Part shown: positions 10,279-19,613 of the stretch, in pieces
Layout of the letters: the number at the start of each line of letters is the position of its first letter
How positions within the stretch are numbered: the first letter of the stretch is position 1
Source of the DNA: an uncultured Candidatus Cloacimonadota bacterium
GTDB taxonomy: Bacteria; Cloacimonadota; Cloacimonadia; Cloacimonadales; TCS61
Length of the DNA: 64,000 nucleotides
Assembly: GCA_964521025.1 (NCBI GenBank)
Contig: CAZFPK010000011.1
Location: forward strand, 16,033-80,032
Direction: 5' to 3'
Position numbers and translations under genes: made by a program
Notes under the pieces: generated by a model
What the model was told of the DNA's origin: nothing
Databases searched by the model: none
The model's input: only the letters and a program-made list of their open reading frames with translations

Positions 10279-10307
10279 TTGACACCAAATCTGTCATTTT
10301 AAGTTTT
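10279..10307 (+). promoter_or_regulatory. Candidate housekeeping promoter (TTG-N18-TAAGTTTT, Bacteroidota-like -33/-7 layout)
   Basis: ttgacaccaaatctgtcattttaagtttt lies about 20 nt upstream of the RBS gaggagg and ATG 10329. This is a motif match only. Confidence 0.3.
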
Positions 10308-10328
10308 CACACACGAGGAGGTCGTCAG

Positions 10329-13304
10329 ATGAAAAAAGATCATTTATTTTTTGTTATTATTTTAGCAGTTTTTTTTAATCCATTATCTGCCGTAGGAACC
10401 GGGAATATTGCCGGAAAGGTTTCCGATAGTCAAAGCAAAGAACCGATCGGTTTTGTCAGTGTATTTTTAGATGTTGGCGATAAAGGAGTCTACACCAAAG
10501 AGAACGGCAGTTTCTATCTTAAAAATATCCCCATTGGAAAACATACAATCAATGTCAGTTTTATCGGGTACCATAATCAAACAAGAGAAATTGTGGTTGA
10601 AGAAAATATTACGACAATGGCCAATTTTGCTTTGGAAATGCAAGCCGTCGAATTATCCGGGTTTGTTGTTTCGGCAAATCGAGCTAAAACAAGAGAAACA
10701 CCGATTGCCTTCACAAACATCGATCGTGAAAAAATATCCGATAAATACACAACGGAAGATATGCCCCAACTACTCGACGATGTTCCGGGATTATTCGCAA
10801 ATACAACCGGGATCGGTGATGCCCAAATCACGATGAGAGGTTTTGAAGCAGATAAAATACAGGTTTTGATCAATGGTATTCCGGTCAATGACCCCGAAAG
10901 CCAGAAAGTTTATTGGTCGAATTGGACCGGACTTTCATCCAATGTAACTTCCGTGCAGGTGCAGAAAGGAGCAGGTTCTTCTTTGTATGGCTCCGGTGCT
11001 TTCGGTGGCTCTCTCAATATCGAAACTATCGGTTCTCAACCGGGAAGATCGTTCACTGTCCGTTCATCATACGGAAAATATTTAACTTCGGAAAATTCAT
11101 TAGTAGCCGATGGAAAAGGTCATCTCGACACTTATCATCCATCTAATTATAATCTTCTGTTCAGGTACAATTCCGGGAATATCTTTAAAGGAAAATTTAA
11201 TTATAATTTGATGGTCGAGAAAAAAGCAGGAGATTATTATCTGATCGGCACAAATTATGACGGCTATTCTTTTGGTTTGGAAACCCAGACTTCACTCGGT
11301 CCGCATAAAGTAAATTTGAGTTTTATCGGTGCTCCGCAAAGTCATAACCAGGTTTATTTCAAATCCGACAGGGATTTATTCGATCTTCTGGGAAGAGAAT
11401 ATAACCGGAATAATCACGAATATCAGGAAAATTATTATTTCAAACCGCAAATATCTTTACGCGACGAGTGGAAAATATCCGAAAATCAAATATTGATGAG
11501 TAACTTTTTTGTTACGAAAGGAGATGGCGGCGGGAAATATTTGAACCAGGATAAATTCGATATCGAAAGCGGCGCGATTTATTTTCGGGACGAATTTCTC
11601 GATGCGGATGATCCCGCAGGATTTGAGCATCAGGAGTTTGCCAAACACGCTCTTTATCTTTATGAAAATTATGATCTTATCGTGGAAGGATTCAATCCGC
11701 AGGATACGATCTGGATCGGTCCGATCCCGGTCGAAGGTCCTTCTTATCATGGTGAATTGATCGGTGGTGAAGGTAAGGACTTCTTTAAATCGAGATATGA
11801 TTACAGCTGGCAGAACAACAGGATCAGCGATCATTTTCAATTAGGATTCAATACCTATTATCAATACGAGATTAATTCCATATTCAATTTAGTTGTAGGT
11901 GGTGAATTGAGAAATTGGAATGCCGATCATATCGGCAAAAGAGAGAATTTCCGACATTTTAATCCCGATTTCCCGGATAGTGTCGAAACTTACGATAAAA
12001 TGCAAAAAACTTATGATTATTCCTCTACTGTTTTGAATATGTCCGCTTTCGCCCGAACCCAGATCAAACCCTTTTCCAAAATGAATATTATGATCGACGG
12101 ACAATATGCAAGTTATACCTCGAAAGTCGATGAAAATCCGGTTGAAATTTATGATCTCGGTAATGGAGAACCGACCAGTTATTATTTTTATGCAACAAAA
12201 GAAATGACTGAAACCGATACTTCCGGAGTAGAAACATTGAAATTTACTCGTGATGATTATCAAAAAACATTCAATTTTTTTTCACCAAAATTCGGAATAA
12301 ATTATAATCTGTCGCAATATTTCAATATACTCACAAACTATTCAATTGCATATAAAGAACCAAAAACACGGGATTGGTACAGCGGTTATGACGGTCCGGA
12401 CGGAAACCAGATGTATGAAATCGACCTGGTCGATGAACAGAACAATGAATATTCAGAAGAAACATTTTATGGAGAATTAAAACCGGAAAAGATAAATACT
12501 GTAGAATTTGGTATCGGTTATGAAGGTGCTTTTTTTGATATGAACGCCAATTATTATATCAGTGATTATGTCGATAAGATCGAGTATGTCGATGTTCCGG
12601 TTACTAATTATTATTATGATGCGGATAATGATTCGATCTATACCGTGCAGAGAGACGAATCACTTACACTCAATGCAGGACAGGCAAGACACCAGGGATT
12701 GGAATTAAGTGCAAATGCAAAATACGAAAATATCGATGCGTCATTATCGGTAACTTATGCCAAGAATCGCTGGGTCGAGATGAATGTTGACCAGATTTTT
12801 GGTGGAGATGCGGAAGATATGAAAGGGAAAATTGTTCCCTTTTCACCTGAAAAAATGGCTAATGCTTCTCTTGGTTATACTTTCCGAAATCTCCCCTTAA
12901 GGGGAAAACTCCGAATGGGATTAACTGCTAAATACTGGGATGATTATTTTGCGAATTATACGAATGAATATTACAGCAATTATATCGATGACGGCAGCGG
13001 TGGATTTGAAGCAGATTCTACTTCTATAACCAGTTCAAAATTACCCTATTTTTTTGAACTTGGAGGAAATCTCAAATATTCTTTTTATCTCGGTAATAAA
13101 GAATTTTTTGTCAGGTTGGATTTGAACAACATCACTAATAAGGAAGATAATTTCTCTTCTGCTAATGTTAAAAAAGACTACAACCGCGGGTATTTCGACG
13201 ATGAAGGAAAATTCATCGATGATTATTTGACCGGAAACAATTATATGTATGTAACTCCATCCCCGTTATTGAATGTATTCTTAACAGTTGAAATGAAGTT
13301 TTAG
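10329..13304 (+). CDS. TonB-dependent outer-membrane receptor with an N-terminal CarboxypepD_reg-like domain
   Basis: Signal peptide, then GKVSD...GYHNQTREIVV (Cna/CarboxypepD_reg-like). The plug motif is DMPQLLDDVPGLFANT...ITMRGFEADKIQVLINGIPVND. It is a long beta-barrel ending in a C-terminal Phe (VEMKF). Confidence 0.85.
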   Translation: MKKDHLFFVIILAVFFNPLSAVGTGNIAGKVSDSQSKEPIGFVSVFLDVGDKGVYTKENGSFYLKNIPIGKHTINVSFIGYHNQTREIVVEENITTMANFALEMQAVELSGFVVSANRAKTRETPIAFTNIDREKISDKYTTEDMPQLLDDVPGLFANTTGIGDAQITMRGFEADKIQVLINGIPVNDPESQKVYWSNWTGLSSNVTSVQVQKGAGSSLYGSGAFGGSLNIETIGSQPGRSFTVRSSYGKYLTSENSLVADGKGHLDTYHPSNYNLLFRYNSGNIFKGKFNYNLMVEKKAGDYYLIGTNYDGYSFGLETQTSLGPHKVNLSFIGAPQSHNQVYFKSDRDLFDLLGREYNRNNHEYQENYYFKPQISLRDEWKISENQILMSNFFVTKGDGGGKYLNQDKFDIESGAIYFRDEFLDADDPAGFEHQEFAKHALYLYENYDLIVEGFNPQDTIWIGPIPVEGPSYHGELIGGEGKDFFKSRYDYSWQNNRISDHFQLGFNTYYQYEINSIFNLVVGGELRNWNADHIGKRENFRHFNPDFPDSVETYDKMQKTYDYSSTVLNMSAFARTQIKPFSKMNIMIDGQYASYTSKVDENPVEIYDLGNGEPTSYYFYATKEMTETDTSGVETLKFTRDDYQKTFNFFSPKFGINYNLSQYFNILTNYSIAYKEPKTRDWYSGYDGPDGNQMYEIDLVDEQNNEYSEETFYGELKPEKINTVEFGIGYEGAFFDMNANYYISDYVDKIEYVDVPVTNYYYDADNDSIYTVQRDESLTLNAGQARHQGLELSANAKYENIDASLSVTYAKNRWVEMNVDQIFGGDAEDMKGKIVPFSPEKMANASLGYTFRNLPLRGKLRMGLTAKYWDDYFANYTNEYYSNYIDDGSGGFEADSTSITSSKLPYFFELGGNLKYSFYLGNKEFFVRLDLNNITNKEDNFSSANVKKDYNRGYFDDEGKFIDDYLTGNNYMYVTPSPLLNVFLTVEMKF

Positions 13305-13334
13305 ATCCTGTAAAAGCAACATTTTAGGAAAATA

Positions 13335-13372
13335 AAAAACAGGTCTTGCAGATCAAGACCTGTTTTTTTATT
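13335..13372. terminator. Bidirectional rho-independent terminator between convergent genes
   Basis: aaaaaacaggtcttgcagatcaagacctgttttttt has a 9-bp stem flanked by an A-run and a T-run. Confidence 0.8.
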
Positions 13373-13410
13373 ATTATTTTATCTTGATTTATCCAATGTA
13401 GTATCGAAGA

Positions 13411-14394
13411 TTACTTCATCAAGATCATTTTCTTGGTCGAAGTATATCTTCCACCATGTTTCAGTTTATAAAAATAAACTCCGGCTGCAACATCGTTTCC
13501 TTCATCGTTTGTCCCATCCCAGGAAATATTGTAATTAGCAGCATCTTTATTTTCGTTCAATAAAGTTTTGACTTTCTTTCCGGCTGCATTAAATATTTCC
13601 AATTTTGTATGACCGGACTTTTTAATGTTGAAACGGATAGTTGTTCCTGAAGTAAATGGATTGGGAAAGTTTTGCGTTGTGATAATGTTTTCAATATTTT
13701 TTTCATCGATTGAAACAGTAACCATATCATCTGGAGTTCTGGGACTTAATTCATACTCATCATAAGAATAAGCAACTATTCCTGCTAAAAAAACCCAAAA
13801 ATCACCTAAATTTATTTCAATGGGTGGATCCACATCATCGAGAAAAAAGAAACTGTCATCGATCTGACCGAGAGTTGCAGAAGTATCGACAACATACCAT
13901 TGACCGTAACCATCAGGAACCTGAGAAACATATACATCGCTTAGTTGGACTAAAACTCCTTCATACTCCTCGCTGGATGATAGTTCGTCGGTTGTGAGAG
14001 CAACAGGGTTCGGTAGAGGATTCCCGGAACTTAAATGAGTAACACTGATAAAAGTATCATCATAACCTGATATTTCGGTTAGTCCATAATATTCTCGAAC
14101 TGTTCCTGTAATTTCTACTTCATCTCCTAACGCACATGTTTCATCTCCGGACATATAAATTAAAATACCTTTCCAGGCACCTCCCTCGGGCATTGATATG
14201 ACAAAATTATCCGGATAATGGTTATAATTTAATGCTGTTACAATACCTTCGACAGTAACTTCCTGATCAACTAATGGTGAAGGATAAGTTCCATCACCTC
14301 CAGGTTCGGTCGTATATTGGATATCATAAATCGTTGTGGAATTCAGAATTAATGATAATCCAATAACCAAAATAGAAACTAATAACTTATTCAT
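13411..14394 (-). CDS. Secreted protein with an OB-fold-like N-terminal region and a T9SS C-terminal domain
   Basis: The ORF-track frame is 13411..14502. The probable start is internal Met37 (MNKLLVSILVIGLSLILNS, signal peptide, preceded by GGAGG), because the upstream extension overlaps the neighbour's terminator. The start coordinate is accurate to about 1 codon. The C-terminus is FPNPF...AAGVYFYKLKHGGRYTSTKKMILMK. Confidence 0.7.
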   Translation of the reverse strand: MNKLLVSILVIGLSLILNSTTIYDIQYTTEPGGDGTYPSPLVDQEVTVEGIVTALNYNHYPDNFVISMPEGGAWKGILIYMSGDETCALGDEVEITGTVREYYGLTEISGYDDTFISVTHLSSGNPLPNPVALTTDELSSSEEYEGVLVQLSDVYVSQVPDGYGQWYVVDTSATLGQIDDSFFFLDDVDPPIEINLGDFWVFLAGIVAYSYDEYELSPRTPDDMVTVSIDEKNIENIITTQNFPNPFTSGTTIRFNIKKSGHTKLEIFNAAGKKVKTLLNENKDAANYNISWDGTNDEGNDVAAGVYFYKLKHGGRYTSTKKMILMK

Positions 14395-14497
14395 AGTAAC
14401 CTCCATTTTTTTTATGTAACAAGAAAAAAAATAAGCTGTTTTTGGTGTCAAGCATTTATTTTTTTTTAATATTTTTTTTATCTTTAACGAAAAATAA

Positions 14498-14520
14498 CGC
14501 ACAAGAAAATCCTTGTGCGT
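14498..14520 (-). terminator. Rho-independent terminator of the 14549..17008 gene
   Basis: The stem is cgcacaag/cttgtgcg (8 bp). On the minus strand it is followed by ttatttttcg. Confidence 0.65.
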
Positions 14521-14548
14521 TACATACTTTCGATAGTTAATTCCTTGA

Positions 14549-17008
14549 TCATTGCACGAAAATCATTTTTTTAAAATCCGTAAATTCCCCGGTTTTCATC
14601 TTAAACAAATAAATTCCGGAAGAAACCGGATGATCATTATTATTTTTACCGTTCCAAAATAAATTATGAGAACCCTTATCTTTTTCTTCGTCGATCAGGG
14701 TGTTTATCAATTGACCTTTCACATTGTAGATATCGATTCGAACATGGTCTTTTTCTTTTAATGTGAAACTGATTGTTGTTAACTCGTGAAATGGATTAGG
14801 AAAATTCTGATGTAATCTATTTAAAAGAGACAATCCTTCATTTTCATCGATACTGTTCAAAGGAGTCAGGAAAATATTTTGGATAACATCATTATCAATT
14901 ATTTCAATATCTTCGAGATGAACAGGTTCATATCCTTCTTTCCAGGCATCGAGCCAATAAATTCCATTGATAAGATCAATGCTATAAAATCCGTCTTGAT
15001 CTGTCATTGTTTCTGACCAGTAAAGATCGCTGTTGACCCAGATATTTACCTCTCCAATCGGATTACTCGTTCCTTCTTCATAAACATAACCCGATAATGA
15101 ACCGGTGAAAACCATTGGTGTTAAATAAAAATCTTGTTGAACATCATCATCATTGATGATAATATCTTCCAAATGATAACCAAAATAACCTTCTCTCCAG
15201 ACATCCACCCAATAAGTTCCGTTAGGCAGGTCGATATAATAAAAGCCGTTTCCATCTGTGAATGAGTTGTTCCAATATCCTTCGGTATTAGCCCAAACTT
15301 CAGCGTTATGGATAGGAATTTGCGACAACGCATCATAAACATATCCATAAAGAGCTCCATTAAAAGAAACCGGTTCCAGGTAAAACTCAAGGTAAACAAT
15401 TTCATCCTGAACAACTATATCAGAAATTTCTTCAAAGTAATAGCCATCTGAATTTCCCTGAACATAATAAGTTCCGTTCGGCATCGGTAAATTGAAATAT
15501 CCGTCTTGATGAATTCCTGTATTAAACCAGTTTTCAAAATCCTGGGTAGCCGATATCCAGCCTTCATTCAATGGCTGCTGAGTTTCGGAATCATAAAGGT
15601 AACCTTCGATACCACCGGTTGCAGTATGAAGATGGAAATCGATATTAGTCGAGCCGGAATAAATATTATGATACTGTTCATCGACATAAGTTCCCTCCGG
15701 CAGTTCCCAGATCTCGATATGATAACCCTCGAATTGATCGGCTAAACTGGATACGGATAATGTGTAATTCCCATCGATCTCGCTTTCAGTTTCCGTCTGT
15801 CCCAGAGGACTCCCACAACCGACCTGAACACCTGAAACAGGAATGTCATCGAGATAAACAGTTCCTGTTATGGCTGCATCTGTTGAAAAAGCGACAAAAT
15901 CGACAGTTTCCGTTTCTCCTTCCGCCACAAATAATTCCGTATCGTGCGGTACGAGATGATCCGGGATCAGGTCATCTCTATTCACCCGGATGTTCCAGGA
16001 ACCCTCTATAACTCCCAGCAAGTAATATCCGTCTTCATCTGTTTCCGTCCAGAGTGCCATTCCCCCTTCCAACGGATTTGCATTAACCTGAACTGCTTCC
16101 AGCGGTCCTTCGTTTTCATCGAGAACTGTTCCTTCGACAAAAGAAGTAGGAGCAAGATATTCAAAATCGTAGCCTGTCAGATGACCATCGATGTAAACAT
16201 CAAAATAAAGTGTATCCGGAAACATTCCTCCGGTCAAACCTAAAGGATCAAAAGTCATAACGGTATAAGTTCCGATTTCAGGAATAAAATCCTGGTAATG
16301 ACCTGCATCGTCCGTCATCACCATCCAGGGAATTTCTTCATCGACCGGGAATGCACCGACAATCAGGTTTGCTATTGCCGGAATTATATCACCGGAAACC
16401 GAATAGTCACTTGTTATCGCTTCAATAAAGAGATAAGCGACATCTGTTCCGCCGGCATCGACAGCAACATAAAACAGTCCGAGATTTCCAACATTGTTCG
16501 GTCCGTCATCTTCCGCATAAACAGTACTCTGATAAACTCCGTCTGCTGGATCTTCATCATCGATATCGTTATCTACTATTTCAACATCGTCTTCCAGGTT
16601 AAAATCGACATCTTGTTCCCAGGTTCCGTTATCGTTCATATCGATCCAGCCTTGTAAAATTGCTTCACTGCTTCCATCGGAAAAATAGACCGTAACTATA
16701 AAATCTTCACCTTGAGTTATAGTCGCAGCTTCTTCCCCATTGATGAAAATCTCGATTTCATCCCTGGAATGAGATGGAATTCGATTTTTCAAATGAGTAT
16801 GTGCCGGATGAGTAGATGATATTAGCGATCGGAAGGGATTTTTTAAAGTTTGAGATTTGTGCGATCGATTTTTTTCATAAATCGATTTAAACACCTCTAA
16901 TTTCTTCAATTTTTTGATTTCTTTTTTTGCAGGAACTTTTTGTTCTGCTAATAGAAATGTAACCATTAAAATGGCGATAATGGTGTTAGTAACTTTGATC
17001 AGTTTCAT
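14549..17008 (-). CDS. Large secreted protein with multiple CarboxypepD_reg-like repeats and a T9SS C-terminal domain
   Basis: Signal/anchor MKLIKVTNTIIAILMVTFLLA. Repeated units have the form GYVYD..S..PI....VW.N....W...TD..GFY.IDL.NG.YW.D.W.EGY. The C-terminus is FPNPFHELTTISF...SGIYLFKMKTGEFTDFKKMIFVQ. Confidence 0.8.
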   Translation of the reverse strand: MKLIKVTNTIIAILMVTFLLAEQKVPAKKEIKKLKKLEVFKSIYEKNRSHKSQTLKNPFRSLISSTHPAHTHLKNRIPSHSRDEIEIFINGEEAATITQGEDFIVTVYFSDGSSEAILQGWIDMNDNGTWEQDVDFNLEDDVEIVDNDIDDEDPADGVYQSTVYAEDDGPNNVGNLGLFYVAVDAGGTDVAYLFIEAITSDYSVSGDIIPAIANLIVGAFPVDEEIPWMVMTDDAGHYQDFIPEIGTYTVMTFDPLGLTGGMFPDTLYFDVYIDGHLTGYDFEYLAPTSFVEGTVLDENEGPLEAVQVNANPLEGGMALWTETDEDGYYLLGVIEGSWNIRVNRDDLIPDHLVPHDTELFVAEGETETVDFVAFSTDAAITGTVYLDDIPVSGVQVGCGSPLGQTETESEIDGNYTLSVSSLADQFEGYHIEIWELPEGTYVDEQYHNIYSGSTNIDFHLHTATGGIEGYLYDSETQQPLNEGWISATQDFENWFNTGIHQDGYFNLPMPNGTYYVQGNSDGYYFEEISDIVVQDEIVYLEFYLEPVSFNGALYGYVYDALSQIPIHNAEVWANTEGYWNNSFTDGNGFYYIDLPNGTYWVDVWREGYFGYHLEDIIINDDDVQQDFYLTPMVFTGSLSGYVYEEGTSNPIGEVNIWVNSDLYWSETMTDQDGFYSIDLINGIYWLDAWKEGYEPVHLEDIEIIDNDVIQNIFLTPLNSIDENEGLSLLNRLHQNFPNPFHELTTISFTLKEKDHVRIDIYNVKGQLINTLIDEEKDKGSHNLFWNGKNNNDHPVSSGIYLFKMKTGEFTDFKKMIFVQ

Positions 17009-17205
17009 TTGATCCTCCTTAACACTGCCTATCCAGTGATTTAGTTTTGACCCACCTATTAAACACTTCCTTTATAATTCAAAAAGAAAAAAAAGAAAAC
17101 CAAGTGTCAAGTTTTTTAAAAAACTATTTGACTTTAAAAGGCTTCTCATATTATTTATTTTTAGATTTAATAAGAGTCAATAGAAAAGAACCGGATGAGG
17201 AAATT

Positions 17206-19476
17206 GTGGAGTCGAGAAAAAAGAAGATACTTATCATTGAAGATGAAAAAATCGTAGCTCGTCATATTCACAGAACTTTGATAAATTTGGGATATGATAT
17301 TTCCGGTATCGTTACTTGTGGTGAGGATGCTGTTGAAAAAGCAACAAGCGATCCTCCGGATCTTATCCTGACAGACATTATGCTGGAAGGTCAAATGAGT
17401 GGGATCGAAGCAGCAGATATTATCAGGAGCAATTTTGGTACTCCGGTTATTTATTTGACTGCTTATACAGATGAAAAAATTATCCAAGAAGCTAAAATAG
17501 CAGAACCTTTTGGTTATATCCTGAAACCATTTGAAGAAAGAGAACTGCATGCAACAATTGAAATGGCATTTTACCGGCAAAAAGTGGAGAACGAACTTCG
17601 TGAAAGTGAAAAGAAATATCGCACACTTGTAGAACAGATTGAAGAAGGAATCCTGGTTGTTGATGAAAATGAAAATTTTACTTTCGTGAATCCGGCTACA
17701 TCAGAAATATTCGGTTACTCGGTTGCAGAATTGATTGGAAAAAATTTAAGTAAATTCATCTCTACCGAAGAATTAAAAAAGATATTGGAGCAAACAGTAA
17801 TTCGAAGAACAGGGAAATCGAGTAAATATGAAATGAAAATATTTCGGAGTGATGGTCAGGAACGGATCCTTGAAGTCAGAGCCAGTCCAATGTTTGAAAA
17901 AGGACAATATTTTGGTTCATTTGGAATTATTACTGATGTCACAGACACAATTAAAACTGAAGAAACAATTCAGGAATTGAAAAAAGCCGTGGAAACAATG
18001 CAACTCGGAGTTACAATCACGGATATGAACAGGAAAATTATATATTCGAATCCAGCCGATGCTAAAATGCATGGTTATGAAGTAAAAGAATTAATTGGTA
18101 AGGATGTCAAAATTTTTGCACCTCCAACAGCGAGAAAAAGCATATCTCTGGAACAAATCAGGGAATGGAAAGGTCTGATCAGAGAAAGTCTTAATATCCG
18201 TAAAAATGGTTCAACTTTTCCGGTTAGATTGATAACAGATATTGTTAAAGTTGGAGATGAACCTATTGCCATTGTTACGACTTGTGAAGATATCACCCAG
18301 CAAAAGGAAGCTGAAAAAGAAAGAAATAAGATCCAATCTCAATTAGTACAGGTTCAAAAAATGGAGATTGTGGGTCAATTAGCCGGAGGGATAGCTCACG
18401 ATTTTAACAATCTTCTGACTGTGATCAATGGCTACGCTGACAGGATATTATCCAAAATATCAAAGACCGATCAATATTATGGAAGTATCCTGAACATCAA
18501 TAAATACGGGAAAAAAGCAGCAAATCTAACAAAACAACTTCTCGCATTTTCACGAAAGGAAATAATCGAACCGAAATTGTTGGATCTTAATAAAATTATT
18601 TTCGAAATCGAAAATATGCTGAAAAGTCTGATCGGAGATGATATTAATTTAATCTACAATTTAGAAGAAAGTATCTATTCTATCAAAGCAGATGCCGTAC
18701 AGATGGAACAGATATTGACAAATCTGGTTTTAAATGCCAGAGACTCATTTTCCGGCAACGGTGAGATCAAGATCAAGACAGAAAATATAGAAATTGAAAG
18801 ACCGTTGAATTCTGTTTATGGTAAGATAGAACCTGGAAAATATGCTGTTTTAACTATACAAGATAATGGATGCGGAATGAATGAAGAAGTTTTAAGACAC
18901 ATTTTTGAACCTTTTTATACAACCAAAGAACCTGGTAAAGGAACTGGATTAGGTTTATCAACCGTTTTCGGTATCGTCAAACAAAACAATGGTTTAATCT
19001 TGATTGAAAGTAAACCGGGCAAAGGTTCTACCTTTAAAATATATTTCCCTGGTTTAATAAAGGAAGAAATAATCCACGAAAAAGTCGATGATGATGATAA
19101 ACTCCCAAAGGGAAATGAGACAATTTTGTTGGTCGAAGACGAACCGAGTGTACGAGAGTTTGTCAGCTCGATTCTTGAAGAATACGGATATAATGTTGTG
19201 GAAGCTGTCAATGGCGTGGAAGCTTTGGAAAAAATAAAAAAATTCCATGGAATTGTTCATTTATTAGTCACAGATGTTCATATGCCGAAAATGAATGGTT
19301 TTAAGTTAGCTGAAAATATTCAGAGAATTTATCCCGAAATTAATGTTCTCTATGTTTCAGGATATACTGAAGATGATGCGATTAAAAAAGGAATGGAAGG
19401 ATTCAATGCAGGTTTTTTAAAAAAACCTTTTTCCTTTTCCGAACTTATTATCAAAATTAGAGATCTTTTGGATTAA
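17206..19476 (+). CDS. Hybrid sensor histidine kinase (REC-PAS-PAS-HisKA-HATPase_c-REC)
   Basis: The ORF-track frame starts at TTG 17047. GTG 17206, after GGATGAGG, starts right at the receiver domain (KKILIIEDE...LTDIML). The H-box is GGIAHDFNNLLTVINGY and the G-boxes are DNGCGM / GKGTGLGLS. The C-terminal REC is ILLVEDEPSVRE...VTDVHMPKMNG. Confidence 0.8.
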   Translation: MESRKKKILIIEDEKIVARHIHRTLINLGYDISGIVTCGEDAVEKATSDPPDLILTDIMLEGQMSGIEAADIIRSNFGTPVIYLTAYTDEKIIQEAKIAEPFGYILKPFEERELHATIEMAFYRQKVENELRESEKKYRTLVEQIEEGILVVDENENFTFVNPATSEIFGYSVAELIGKNLSKFISTEELKKILEQTVIRRTGKSSKYEMKIFRSDGQERILEVRASPMFEKGQYFGSFGIITDVTDTIKTEETIQELKKAVETMQLGVTITDMNRKIIYSNPADAKMHGYEVKELIGKDVKIFAPPTARKSISLEQIREWKGLIRESLNIRKNGSTFPVRLITDIVKVGDEPIAIVTTCEDITQQKEAEKERNKIQSQLVQVQKMEIVGQLAGGIAHDFNNLLTVINGYADRILSKISKTDQYYGSILNINKYGKKAANLTKQLLAFSRKEIIEPKLLDLNKIIFEIENMLKSLIGDDINLIYNLEESIYSIKADAVQMEQILTNLVLNARDSFSGNGEIKIKTENIEIERPLNSVYGKIEPGKYAVLTIQDNGCGMNEEVLRHIFEPFYTTKEPGKGTGLGLSTVFGIVKQNNGLILIESKPGKGSTFKIYFPGLIKEEIIHEKVDDDDKLPKGNETILLVEDEPSVREFVSSILEEYGYNVVEAVNGVEALEKIKKFHGIVHLLVTDVHMPKMNGFKLAENIQRIYPEINVLYVSGYTEDDAIKKGMEGFNAGFLKKPFSFSELIIKIRDLLD

Positions 19477-19613
19477 TAGAATACTGAATGTTAGTACTTT
19501 CCGGAATATTTTTTGAATAATCATGTTAATTTTGAGATACCGACATTATATCATTTGGGAAATCAATTACTTTGTATAGCATTAATCCGCCAGCTACCAA
19601 ATGAGGAGAATAG

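Noticed and set aside
10471-12263. Multiple 77-127-aa alternative-frame ORFs inside the TonB-dependent receptor gene, and similar ones inside every large gene
   Set aside because: They are fully nested in long, motif-supported ORFs. They are typical frame-shadow ORFs.
14395-14502. N-terminal 36-aa extension of the 13411 gene (GTG start at 14502)
   Set aside because: It overlaps the terminator hairpin of the upstream gene (14498-14520) and precedes a good RBS + Met + signal peptide. While hand-translating this homopolymer-rich stretch I could not reconcile the frame to within 1 nt, so exact coordinates here should be recomputed.
17047-17205. 53-aa N-terminal extension of the hybrid kinase from a TTG start
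   Set aside because: There are no domains, and the receiver domain begins right after the GTG at 17206, which has an upstream GGATGAGG. The extension would also consume the divergent promoter region.
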